Source of the DNA: a bacterium
GTDB taxonomy: Bacteria > Patescibacteriota > CPR2 > UBA1875 > JAJYID01
Direction of reading: 5' to 3'
Assembly (NCBI GenBank): GCA_021787535.1
Contig: JAJYLR010000002.1
Span: 24,556 to 88,555, forward strand
DNA: 64,000 nt
This document shows, in pieces, positions 50,171-58,971 of the stretch. The notes below the pieces were generated by a model that was given only the letters and a program-made list of their open reading frames with translations, searched no databases and was not told the DNA's origin. The stretch's first letter is position 1; the number at the start of each line of letters is the position of its first letter. The position numbers were made by a program, and so were the translations under genes.

Positions 50171-50209
50171 ATGATTCAAACAAAATACTGGTTTACCTTC
50201 AGGGCTTAG
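50171..50209 (+). CDS. Candidate leader peptide MIQTKYWFTFRA
   Basis: 12-codon ORF with Tyr-Trp-Phe-Thr-Phe, lying between the promoter and the terminator. Confidence 0.6.
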   Translation: MIQTKYWFTFRA

Positions 50210-50305
50210 CTTTGTAGGTTTCATATTTGTTGAATCAAAAGTAAGAGTCCTGCAAAGCGGGGCTATTTTTAATTCGAAAATAGCCCTTTTGTTGCAGGAT
50301 TTTTT
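50209..50305 (+). promoter_or_regulatory. Antiterminator/terminator pair (attenuator)
   Basis: GCTTTGTAGG (50209-18) can pair with CCTGCAAAGC (50249-58), which competes with the terminator TCCTGCAA..GGGCTATTTT/AAAATAGCCC..TTGCAGGA + T6. Confidence 0.65.
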
Positions 50306-50343
50306 GTACCTTTAAAAACAAGATTTCGGAGGAAACTAGAAGA

Positions 50344-50580
50344 ATGACAATGTTTTGCCAAGGAAAAATCAAGGTTGAATTCGGAAAGAAAGGGGTGAGT
50401 GTTTTGGATGACACAATCAGGAGAATTCTTGAGGCGCGCGTCAGAAATGCTGTTCGAGGGTACTATCATGCGAATGGGAACAAGGATGAAAAAATGAGCG
50501 AGCTGCTAGAATGCTCCAGTGAATTTCTGGCAAAAGGCGGTACTCTTGAAGAGCTGGAAAGTCTTACAAGCGGCAAGTAA
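50344..50580 (+). CDS. Hypothetical small protein
   Basis: ORF after the attenuator; alternative TTG start at 50404 with a GGGGTG RBS. Confidence 0.5.
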   Translation: MTMFCQGKIKVEFGKKGVSVLDDTIRRILEARVRNAVRGYYHANGNKDEKMSELLECSSEFLAKGGTLEELESLTSGK

Positions 50581-50590
50581 AGGGGAATTG

Positions 50591-50800
50591 ATGTTTTATA
50601 TGAAAAGCGATAATGCTCCGATAATCGTTAGTGATTCTTTGACGGTAGAAGACTATGTCCGGCAGTTTCTTCAGTCGAGAAAAGCAGATAAGATAGTCCA
50701 AATGAGGAAACCAGGGCATAGACTGATTGAATTATTTTCAACATATACTGTTGATGAGATTCGCGCTCTTTTCGTCGAAATCGAAAAGGAAGTTTCTTGA
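50591..50800 (+). CDS. Hypothetical small protein
   Basis: AAGGGG RBS; followed by a strong hairpin. Confidence 0.5.
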   Translation: MFYMKSDNAPIIVSDSLTVEDYVRQFLQSRKADKIVQMRKPGHRLIELFSTYTVDEIRALFVEIEKEVS

Positions 50801-50812
50801 GTGAAACGCCAA

Positions 50813-50840
50813 GGGCCGTCCGGTAACTGCCGGACGGCCC
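50813..50840 (+). terminator. GC-rich hairpin, probable terminator
   Basis: GGGCCGTCCGG-taactg-CCGGACGGCCC; weak T tail. Confidence 0.6.
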
Positions 50841-50908
50841 AAAATCTTTGGATTGATTTTTTACGCTATTTTCGCTATAATATTCCAGTATTTGCACCTC
50901 AAAAATAA

Positions 50909-50983
50909 TCCCGGGTAGCTCAATGGTAGAGCAGTTGACTGTTAATCAATTGGTTGCCGGTTCGAGTCCGGCCCCGGGAGCCA
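50909..50983 (+). tRNA. tRNA-Asn (anticodon GUU)
   Basis: TCCCGGG/CCCGGGA-GCCA; TTGA-CTGTTAA-TCAA anticodon arm; GGTTCGAGTCC. Confidence 0.97.
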
Positions 50984-50992
50984 AGGTAACAG

Positions 50993-52612
50993 CTAATAGC
51001 TGTTTTTGATTTTAAACAGCTTTTTTTCTGCCACGATGATCATGCTGGTTACCGGATATTCGACCGGTATAAGCCGATCGTTTGCCATTTCGTAGAGCTG
51101 GACACTTTCTTCAACTCTCTTTTTGACAATCCAGGGATTTCTATAGGTTTTTGATTCCGGACGTACACTTAAACCTGCTTTTTCTAGCGCCTCTACCCAG
51201 TCGCTATATGCCCAGAAGCAGAAAGTTTCATGGGTTTCGCTTTGCCAGTTGTCGGTATAATCTTTTTTTGTCACAAATTCGCACGTGTCCTTTAGCTTTA
51301 TTTTTATTAAATTTTTACCGGATACCTTTACGATTTGGTACTTCATTTTATACCCTTCCCTAGCTCGAAAATCTTTGGAAAACCTTAAAAATCTACCGAA
51401 TGTTGAAAGTCCGTCTAAATATTCTTTGAATTTATTTCTATCTTCAATTTTCTTATCATAATCATTATTTCTGCCATCGGTTGCATTCAAATCCAAATAG
51501 ATTTCCTTTTCTCCGTCTTCGGGCCCTATAACATCGCGATTGATCCAGCGGCCCCCTTCGCTTAGTTCAATAGACCGATTTTTTATAAATTTCAAAAGAT
51601 CTTTCCGTCCGCCGTAAGATTCTATTTCATGAGTGAGAGAGGAGGTAAGGATAGTATCCATGCTATCCGGTTCGAAAACGAGTCCGGTAATGGCATTTTT
51701 TTTCATGAAAAATACATAATCGCTTGCAAAGTCGCCATTATCTTTTCTTTGCTCGCAAATGTCGTAAAGTTTTCTGGTAACCTCTACTCCATAAAAGTCA
51801 GATTCGGAGAGTTTAGGATCCTGGCAGGCCATTTTAATCCAAGAGCCGATTGCGCAGCCGATATCTCCGATCCTTCCCGGTTTAACATATGGTGATGTTT
51901 CAGCATATTTCTGTTCGATGCTATTATCCATTGAGCGAACATAAGTGTTGTAGTCTCTGGTTTCTGTCATGTCGCCATCATCGCCGAGAGTGGTATCGCT
52001 AAAAAGCAGCTGGATCTTATCTCCTAAATTATAATCCTCAAAAATCCTCTTCGAAGAAGAATGAGTTTTATCTTGATGTATCTTATTATTTCGCCAGTTC
52101 CCTCTAGAGTTTGCTATTTCCTCTATAATTTCCCAAGGCAGCAAATCGGCATATTTTTTAAAGTCATGAGATGCGAGTTCTACCGGTAAAATCTTGAAGC
52201 CAAGTTTTTGGTACATTCTAAGCACCGGCGTTGAGCAGGCGATAATCGTATTTTTTGGTGTTAGTTTAAGTTTTCCCTCGCTTTGGTTATTAATTCTCTT
52301 TAAAGTGTACTCTCCGAACCTATCCGTGGTTCCGACGTCATTTATAGCATATACCGTGGTTTTAACTGGAAGTTCTCTGGAAAAATCTTGAATTGCCATT
52401 GCTCTCTGATACAAGGGCAAAGGATTTCTTCTGGTATTTGCATGATTCGCAGAAGTGATGGCAAAGACAATGCCGTCAATTTCCCCTTCTTTTTTAAAGG
52501 ATTTTCCATCGAAATCTTTTTTTGATCCCAGACCATTTTTTGCTAAATCATAAAGATAACCAAACTGAAAATTGGTCAGAAGATGATGCCTGCCGGGGAA
52601 TAGAATATACAT
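50993..52612 (-). CDS. NadM-like nucleotidyltransferase-fold domain fused to a class I SAM methyltransferase
   Basis: FPGRHHLL ... VFAITSANHANTRRNPLPLYQRAM; C-terminal DIGCAIG, GVE, SSLTHEI.SY, RD. Confidence 0.6.
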   Translation of the reverse strand: MYILFPGRHHLLTNFQFGYLYDLAKNGLGSKKDFDGKSFKKEGEIDGIVFAITSANHANTRRNPLPLYQRAMAIQDFSRELPVKTTVYAINDVGTTDRFGEYTLKRINNQSEGKLKLTPKNTIIACSTPVLRMYQKLGFKILPVELASHDFKKYADLLPWEIIEEIANSRGNWRNNKIHQDKTHSSSKRIFEDYNLGDKIQLLFSDTTLGDDGDMTETRDYNTYVRSMDNSIEQKYAETSPYVKPGRIGDIGCAIGSWIKMACQDPKLSESDFYGVEVTRKLYDICEQRKDNGDFASDYVFFMKKNAITGLVFEPDSMDTILTSSLTHEIESYGGRKDLLKFIKNRSIELSEGGRWINRDVIGPEDGEKEIYLDLNATDGRNNDYDKKIEDRNKFKEYLDGLSTFGRFLRFSKDFRAREGYKMKYQIVKVSGKNLIKIKLKDTCEFVTKKDYTDNWQSETHETFCFWAYSDWVEALEKAGLSVRPESKTYRNPWIVKKRVEESVQLYEMANDRLIPVEYPVTSMIIVAEKKLFKIKNSY

Positions 52613-52674
52613 GATTTCTCCTTTTGTTTAATTCAATTATACATTTGCCTCTCGTGATTAAAAAGATTAATCAA

Positions 52675-52693
52675 CTGTGTTATAATAACACTA
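52675..52693. promoter_or_regulatory. NrtR-type box in the divergent promoter region
   Basis: CTGTGT-tataata-ACACTA (GT-N7-AC), overlapping a TATAAT. Confidence 0.7.
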
Positions 52694-52708
52694 TTAATAG
52701 GAAAACAT

Positions 52709-53101
52709 ATGGAAAGAGAAAGACCAGGAGAAGAAATAAAAGAAGGTGATCAAAAAGATAGCTTACACCAAAGGGTAGAAAAAGTTCTTAAAAAAGCCCG
52801 AGAACACGATAATTTTCAAAGAGAAAATAGAGGCGGAGAACTTCCGGAAATATTTGCAGACATTGATCGGGAAGGATTTGTTAGTTTTGGAGTGATTTCA
52901 CATGGTCTTATGAATAAACAGAGCCAATATGCGAGCAGGTATCTTAATGAAAAATTTTCTGATGAATATCCATATCTTGGAGAAGATATCAGATTGAAGG
53001 GTGATCTTGATGATTATCATGCGTTTAGAATACATAAAGATGATATCGAAGAGTTTGTAGAAAGATATGAAAAATACATGAAAAAAATTGGAGCGATGTA
53101 A
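52709..53101 (+). CDS. Hypothetical protein
   Basis: 130-aa acidic ORF whose stop overlaps the nrtR start. Confidence 0.6.
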   Translation: MERERPGEEIKEGDQKDSLHQRVEKVLKKAREHDNFQRENRGGELPEIFADIDREGFVSFGVISHGLMNKQSQYASRYLNEKFSDEYPYLGEDIRLKGDLDDYHAFRIHKDDIEEFVERYEKYMKKIGAM

Positions 53102-53787
53102 TGAGGAGAGAAGAGGACTTTATCCCATCGCCAGTTGCCACCGATGTTGTTATTTTTACAGTCATTGGGAATGAGCTCAATGTACTTTTAGTAAAAAGAG
53201 GAAAGTTTGCGCCTCTCGGCTGGTCCTTGCCTGGCGGATTTGTTGGACAAAGGGAAGATCTGGATGAATCAGCGGTTAAGACCTTGCGGGAGAAAACCGG
53301 TGTCAGAAATGTTTACCTCGAACAGCTATATACATTCGGTGAACCCAAACGAGATCCTCGAGGCAGAGTCATATCGATAGCTTATATGGCACTAGTTGAT
53401 GCTCAAATGGTCAAGCTTGAGAAGGGCAAAGATACAGAAGGCATAAAGTGGCTACCAGTCAAGAAACTGCCTCAACTTACCTTCGACCACAGACAAATTA
53501 TTGATTATGCAAAAAAGCGGCTTATTTGGAAGATGGAATATACCAATGTTGTTTTCTCGCTTTTGCCTACTTATTTTTCACTGACAGAGCTACAGAAGGT
53601 TTATGAGGCAATTCTTGAACGGGATCTGGACAAAAGGAACTTCAGAAGAAAGTTTTTATCTACAGGGCTCATTAAGGAGACGAAGAAGAAAAGCCAAGGT
53701 GCGCATAGACCGGCGACTCTCTATAATTTTGCCGAAAAGCGGCTTGAATATATTACAAATCCTTTTGGCCAATTTCTCAAAAAATAG
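53101..53787 (+). CDS. nrtR: NrtR family regulator (degenerate Nudix + wHTH)
   Basis: WSLPGGFV..KTLREKTG, LEQLYTFGEPKRDPRGRVIS, FDH, LDKRNFRRK, HRPA.LY. Confidence 0.93.
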   Translation: MRREEDFIPSPVATDVVIFTVIGNELNVLLVKRGKFAPLGWSLPGGFVGQREDLDESAVKTLREKTGVRNVYLEQLYTFGEPKRDPRGRVISIAYMALVDAQMVKLEKGKDTEGIKWLPVKKLPQLTFDHRQIIDYAKKRLIWKMEYTNVVFSLLPTYFSLTELQKVYEAILERDLDKRNFRRKFLSTGLIKETKKKSQGAHRPATLYNFAEKRLEYITNPFGQFLKK

Positions 53788-53826
53788 CTTTCTATAAGTT
53801 AAAAATAAAATTTTTCAAAAAAGTAC

Positions 53827-53956
53827 TTGACAGTGTTTTAAAAGGGAGTATAATAGTGTCACATATACACTAATAACGTGTGTTTTTAAAAAATAAAAGA
53901 TAGTGTTATAAAAACACTATTAAATAATCAAAACACTTAGTGTATATGAAACAATT
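53827..53956 (+). promoter_or_regulatory. Consensus promoter with three NrtR-type operators
   Basis: TTGACA-16-TATAAT (53827-53854); TAGTGT-N7-ACACTA at 53854 and 53901; TAGTGT-N7-ACAATT at 53938. Confidence 0.8.
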
Positions 53957-54030
53957 ACAAAGGGGCGATCATATCAAACTGATGAGAACTTTGACAAAAG
54001 AATCGCTAAAACCTATAGAAAGGAACCGAA

Positions 54031-54762
54031 ATGGAGCTCTTACGAATAAGGGGAGGTAGAGTCATAGGAAGGCAACATTCTTTGGCAGGCAAGAACAGTC
54101 AGGATGCTTATCAAATCTATGAGCCAGAGATAATAACTTCATTATTCTCAGAGCCCAAAGTGTTTCGAGCGGGTATTCTCTCTGATGGATGCGGAAGTAC
54201 CAAGACCAGTGAGGTTGGGGCAAACCTTATCGTTCAAAAGATAGTAAGCATTCTTTGCGAAAGCAAAGTTGTGAGAATGTGCCGGAGATGGTCTCTGGAG
54301 GAGATTATTGATTACATTGAGGATTCAACATATGAGTTTCTCGATGAACTCTCAAGGGGCTGGCGGCAAATTCCATTTGTCCAAGATAATCTCTTGGCTA
54401 CTATTCTAGGGTTTGTAACTAATGGGAAAAAGCTGGTGATATTCTCAAGCGGTGACGGAACAATATTTCTTGATGATGATGTTCTTGTTATTGATGAGGA
54501 TAACACACCATCCTACTTTGCCTATCGTTTATTCGAGAAGCAAGTCAGTTTTAAGAGGATAGAGGTTGATCTGCAAAAAGTGCAGAGAGTTGCGATAGCA
54601 AGTGACGGCTTTGAACCGGAGCTTATAAATGAGTTCTGGGGCAAAGAACATCCAAATGGGGTTCAACGTCTCTTGAACGTTTATTCAAAGAAAAAGCACT
54701 TTTTGGATGATGCAACCTTAATAACTCTCGAGAAAATTCAGGGGGAAGGAGGTAGAAAATGA
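54031..54762 (+). CDS. PP2C-family phosphatase (YegK-like)
   Basis: G..H.....NSQDA, LSDGCGS, ATIL, SGDG, ASDG, DDATL. Confidence 0.85.
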   Translation: MELLRIRGGRVIGRQHSLAGKNSQDAYQIYEPEIITSLFSEPKVFRAGILSDGCGSTKTSEVGANLIVQKIVSILCESKVVRMCRRWSLEEIIDYIEDSTYEFLDELSRGWRQIPFVQDNLLATILGFVTNGKKLVIFSSGDGTIFLDDDVLVIDEDNTPSYFAYRLFEKQVSFKRIEVDLQKVQRVAIASDGFEPELINEFWGKEHPNGVQRLLNVYSKKKHFLDDATLITLEKIQGEGGRK

Positions 54763-56606
54763 AAGTCGTAGTCCAGGGGAAGGCGATCAATCTCAATCCG
54801 AAAGACGTACTGGGAACCGGCGGTGAGGCAGTAGTGATCAAGAAAGGCAAAGCGGCATACAAGATATTTCACCAGCCGAGTAGAGAAAAAACACAGAAAC
54901 TCCAATCCCTTCTCAAGAAAAGACTGCTCCTGCCAGATCGGGTACTTGCGCCTCTTAAACTGGTAAAAGCGGCAGGCGGCGGCGGAGTGATTGGATATAT
55001 GATGCCGCTTGCTGATCCGGGAGCAGAACCGCTGGCAAAACTGAGCAATCGGAACTTTAGAAAGACTAGCAGGATCAACATCAAAGACGTTACCGATATC
55101 TTCTTGGACACGTATAGAACAGTTGAAAAACTTCACTCGGCCGGCTTCGTGGTAGGAGACTTAAATGACTTAAATGAGATTTTTCTGGGAGATAAAGTCT
55201 ACTTTATAGATGTAGACAGCTTTCAGTTTGATCGGTTTTCCTGCCAGGTGGCAACAGAGCCATTCTTAAGTCCGACTCTCTATAATAAAGACCTGACCAA
55301 CGGTTTGGTTTTTACTCCGGAGACGGATTGGTACAGTTTCGCTGTTCTGTTATTCCGTTCACTGCTTCTGGTTCATCCTTATGGTGGTGTTCACCCCAAG
55401 ATAAATCAACTGACCGAAAGGGTAAAAAAGAGGGTAACCGCATTTGACAAAGATGTGCGTTATCCGAAATTTGCCCTAAACAGAGAAATACTTTCTGACG
55501 AGCTGCTTGACTACTTCGAGAAGACTTTCGAGAAAGGCCGTATAAGCCAATTCCCAAAGAACATTCTCGAGCAGTACGATGGCATTCTAATCAAATGCTC
55601 TAAGTGCCATGATTATTTCCCTAACAACAGGCGTCAATGTCCGGCATGCAGTACAAAGTCGGCGTTTGTAATAAACCAGAAGATAATCCTCGACTATGAG
55701 ATATCTCTGATTACTGAAACGCTCGGACAGTTTGTCTATTCCAAACTAGTTGGCAATAAGCTTTACGCTATTGCCTACGAAGATGGTATGGCAGTACTGC
55801 ATACATGGAAGAAAGGAGAGAAAACGCAAAAAACAGTCCTTTTTCCAGTAGCTCGGGATCTGGGCTTTGACATCGCCTTCGACAAGTTAATTCTGTCGAG
55901 AAAGGGCTCTAAGCAACTGATAGTTTTAGATGCAAATGATGGTTCGGTATTTACAAAAACCACGACCGATTTGTTCCAAAACTATCCGATAAAAGCCGGT
56001 ACCCATGATTCGCTGTACAGAACAGCCGGCGGTATTCTCCTAAAGTCAGAAATGATGGCAGGGAATCTCGTAAGCAGGACTGTTTCCACCATAGCCGATG
56101 AACAGACCTGGTTTCACGGAGAAACTGTTCAGGGTAAAGAAAAACTAGCAGTGGTTAGCCGGATCTTTGACAAATGGGTCTACCGGGTCTTGGTAGATGG
56201 TGCCAGCTATGAAGCTGATGTTAGGGAGCTCGAAAAAGGCGAGAAGCTAGTGTCTCTAAACGCCCGTTTCGATACAAAGGGCGCTCTTGTTATCCGTGAG
56301 ACAAAAAAGAAGGGTAAAGCATTTGTCCTGCTTGATTATATAAGTGACAATGGCGTTTCTCTCTTCTACAGTCGGGAAACATACAACGACGAAGATCATG
56401 GTAACTTACAGGGTGCAACCTTAGGAAACGGTTCGCTTCTCTTTGCCACGGCAAATGGACTCAAAGGCAAGTCTCTCACGAAGGGCAGCACTTTTGAGTT
56501 CACTGGAACTGATAAGTTCATTCAGGGAAATGAAAAAATCCACGGACTTCAAGGAGGCATTATTGTCGTAAGTGATAATAAGGCATTCCTGATAAGAAAG
56601 AGGTGA
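54759..56606 (+). CDS. Ser/Thr kinase (YegI-like) with Zn ribbon and beta-rich C-terminal domain
   Basis: GTGGEA, YKIF, VVGDLNDLN, IDVDSFQ, DWYSFAVLLF, HPYGG, CSKC..CPAC. Confidence 0.87.
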   Translation: MKVVVQGKAINLNPKDVLGTGGEAVVIKKGKAAYKIFHQPSREKTQKLQSLLKKRLLLPDRVLAPLKLVKAAGGGGVIGYMMPLADPGAEPLAKLSNRNFRKTSRINIKDVTDIFLDTYRTVEKLHSAGFVVGDLNDLNEIFLGDKVYFIDVDSFQFDRFSCQVATEPFLSPTLYNKDLTNGLVFTPETDWYSFAVLLFRSLLLVHPYGGVHPKINQLTERVKKRVTAFDKDVRYPKFALNREILSDELLDYFEKTFEKGRISQFPKNILEQYDGILIKCSKCHDYFPNNRRQCPACSTKSAFVINQKIILDYEISLITETLGQFVYSKLVGNKLYAIAYEDGMAVLHTWKKGEKTQKTVLFPVARDLGFDIAFDKLILSRKGSKQLIVLDANDGSVFTKTTTDLFQNYPIKAGTHDSLYRTAGGILLKSEMMAGNLVSRTVSTIADEQTWFHGETVQGKEKLAVVSRIFDKWVYRVLVDGASYEADVRELEKGEKLVSLNARFDTKGALVIRETKKKGKAFVLLDYISDNGVSLFYSRETYNDEDHGNLQGATLGNGSLLFATANGLKGKSLTKGSTFEFTGTDKFIQGNEKIHGLQGGIIVVSDNKAFLIRKR

Positions 56607-56665
56607 GGCAAGGCAAAAAAACTGATAGTCAAGTCCAATTCCTATTTCCAAAAAGGAGGAAAAAA

Positions 56666-57589
56666 ATGAAAGCGCCAGCTTTCTATGATCCTGCTATCAT
56701 TGGATCTCTTGAATTGCCAAAGGTCCAAGAAGCAACGGAAGAAGGCCGCCGGCAGAATGTAGCTCCGGCTGCCGAAGACAAGCAGAAAGTCATCCTGGTA
56801 AATGTAGATTTCCAGGTCGACTTTGTCTTCCCAAACGGCGCCCTTCCGGTAGCAAATGCTCTCGGCGATGTAGAAAGGACAGTTGACTGGGTTTTTAGGA
56901 ACCTGGATCAAGTAACGACCATCGCCTCGAGCATCGACTCGCATATCCCCGTTCAGATCTTCTATTCCACTTGGTGGGTAGATGAGAACGGGAACCCGCC
57001 TGCTCCATATACGATGATCACGCTGAAAGACGTGGAGGACGGCAAGTGGAGGCCTGTCGTTGATCCGGTGTGGACGCGGAAATATCTGACAGAGCTGGAT
57101 AAGGGCGGCAAGAAAACTCTGATGATCTGGCCTTTCCACTGCATGATCGGCACTCCCGGTCAGGCACTGGTGCCGAATCTGATGGAGGCAATTGCCTTCC
57201 ACTCCGCTGCCAGGCGTTCGCAACCGGTATACCTCGTCAAGGGCTCCATCCCTCAGACGGAAAACTACTCCATCGTTGAGCCCGAAGTAAAGTATCCCAA
57301 GCATCCGGCCGGTGACTTAAATACTCCGTTTCTGGACCTTGTGGCCAGACACGACCTGGTTTATGTAGCCGGCGAGGCGAAGAGCCACTGCGTGTTGGAT
57401 ACGATGCATTCCATCGTGAAACACTTTGCCGGTCAGGATGAAATCCTCGGCAAGATCCGTTTTCTGATGGACTGCACATCTTCGGTGGAGCATCCCGATG
57501 TTCCGTTCAATGAAATCGCCAATGCCGAACTCGCCGAAATGGAAAAGCTCGGCGTCCGTTTGGTCAAATCCACCGATCCGATCGGCTAA
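56666..57589 (+). CDS. pncA: Nicotinamidase-like cysteine hydrolase (long variant)
   Basis: VDFQVDF, DSH, WPFHC, VKG, GEAKSHCV; AAGGAGG RBS. Confidence 0.8.
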   Translation: MKAPAFYDPAIIGSLELPKVQEATEEGRRQNVAPAAEDKQKVILVNVDFQVDFVFPNGALPVANALGDVERTVDWVFRNLDQVTTIASSIDSHIPVQIFYSTWWVDENGNPPAPYTMITLKDVEDGKWRPVVDPVWTRKYLTELDKGGKKTLMIWPFHCMIGTPGQALVPNLMEAIAFHSAARRSQPVYLVKGSIPQTENYSIVEPEVKYPKHPAGDLNTPFLDLVARHDLVYVAGEAKSHCVLDTMHSIVKHFAGQDEILGKIRFLMDCTSSVEHPDVPFNEIANAELAEMEKLGVRLVKSTDPIG

Positions 57590-57611
57590 TTTAAAAGGAG
57601 GAGGTGACAAA

Positions 57612-58388
57612 ATGTCTAATATGAACGATGTCAACGATCTCTTCGAAGAGGCGGTTGAGGACGGTCTGGATGAACAAGCGAGCCAGATCATGGTAGCAAA
57701 CCTCGACGCAGTGGCGCTCGCCGGCTGTCAAGGTACAGAGATCGACCTTATCCCTGAGGATGAGGTTACACTAGTCTCTGTCATTCACGATGGCAGCGGT
57801 TCTATGAGCGGCGCGCGCGACGTGGTAGTCCAGAGCTATGAAGGCTTGCTCGACGCCTTAAGAAATTCAAAAAAGGCAGAGAGCATCTTCATTTCTGACT
57901 GGATCTTCAACACTCAGTCGGACTTAGTCCACGACTACTTGCCGGTTGAGCAAGCACCTGATCTCGGTAACAGCTACTTTCCAGGCGGCGGAACAGCTCT
58001 TTATGACACTGTTATGAAGGGCTTAAGCGGTATCGTCGCTTATGGCCAGCAGCTGAGATCAAACGGTGTTCGTACCAAGAACGTAGTTGTTGTCTTTTCT
58101 GATGGTGAAGATAACAGCTCAGGGGTTACGAACACAGAAGTCAAAAAAGTCACGAAGGCCCTTCTCGCTCAAGAGACATTCATCCTTGCCTATGTTGGTT
58201 TCACCACATACGGCATGATGAATGAAGCTGAAGTACAGCGTCTTGCTGGCGAGATCGGTTTCAATGACGTTATCGCGGTTGGCACGAGCCCTTCCGAAAT
58301 CCGGAAGATCTTCCAACAGGTAAGCGATTCTATTATACAAGTTAGCCAGTCGGCTGTTTCGTCCGGCGGATTCTTCGCCGCACCTTAA
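57612..58388 (+). CDS. vWA domain protein (TerY/YegL-like)
   Basis: MIDAS DGSGSM, GGTALYD, FSDGEDNSS. Confidence 0.88.
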   Translation: MSNMNDVNDLFEEAVEDGLDEQASQIMVANLDAVALAGCQGTEIDLIPEDEVTLVSVIHDGSGSMSGARDVVVQSYEGLLDALRNSKKAESIFISDWIFNTQSDLVHDYLPVEQAPDLGNSYFPGGGTALYDTVMKGLSGIVAYGQQLRSNGVRTKNVVVVFSDGEDNSSGVTNTEVKKVTKALLAQETFILAYVGFTTYGMMNEAEVQRLAGEIGFNDVIAVGTSPSEIRKIFQQVSDSIIQVSQSAVSSGGFFAAP

Positions 58389-58408
58389 GCAGCCGGTAAC
58401 TAACCTGT

Positions 58409-58525
58409 AGCTGTTTCTTTAAAAGAAACAAGGGGAATAATGCTTTAGCAAAGCGCCCCGGGCAAACGCCCGGGGTTCCCCTCCCAACATGGTCCGAAAA
58501 GGATCACCAATATGTACCTTGGAAA
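58409..58525 (+). ncRNA. Unclassified structured RNA motif, copy 1
   Basis: Hairpin, then GGGGA/TCCCC junction with GCCCCG..CGGGGT arm, then microhelix-ACCA, then TATGTACCTTG; matches copy 2 with compensatory changes. Confidence 0.7.
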
Positions 58526-58560
58526 CCAACTATAAACTTTCTTGATTAGGAGAGATGAAA

Positions 58561-58698
58561 ATGTCCGGTTCAGATACAAGTATGATAAGGCCTATGACCA
58601 TCCAAGAACGGCTCGCCAGACTGGAAGAAGAAATGGCAAATGTCAGATTGCAAATGGAAAGAGAGAGGAGTGAAGATGATCCGCGCAGAAACACTTAG
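58561..58698 (+). CDS. 45-aa coiled-coil small protein (not in ORF track)
   Basis: AGGAG RBS; MSGSDTSMIRPMTIQERLARLEEEMANVRLQMERERSEDDPRRNT. Confidence 0.5.
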   Translation: MSGSDTSMIRPMTIQERLARLEEEMANVRLQMERERSEDDPRRNT

Positions 58699-58960
58699 GA
58701 GAATCATCGAAGATGCCGAGAGAGATATCGCTTCTACCCGTAAGTTTCTCGCCAGACAGAAAGCAGAGCTCAAGATGATCGAAGGCACCTGTCTCCACTC
58801 CTTCACGAAGTTTGTCTACGATCCAATCGTGACAATACCGGAAGCCAAGTGGCAAGGCAAGGGCCTGGTCGCGCCGGATGACATAACCGTTCGTTTCGTC
58901 AAACAGTGTGTTATCTGCGGCATGACCCGGATGGTCGAGACAGAATCGGCTCTCAACTGA
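58676..58960 (+). CDS. Small coiled-coil + CxH...CxxC putative Zn-binding protein
   Basis: GAGGAG RBS; TCLH ... CVICG. Confidence 0.6.
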   Translation: MIRAETLRRIIEDAERDIASTRKFLARQKAELKMIEGTCLHSFTKFVYDPIVTIPEAKWQGKGLVAPDDITVRFVKQCVICGMTRMVETESALN

Positions 58961-58971
58961 CAGTTGGTCAA

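Noticed and set aside
53962-54030. CTGATGAG suggesting a hammerhead ribozyme or fluoride riboswitch
   Set aside because: No stem II + GAAA arrangement and no fluoride pseudoknot pairing found
56642-57304. 220-aa antisense ORF, and similar shadow ORFs throughout the track
   Set aside because: Lie opposite well-supported genes and show no recognisable motifs
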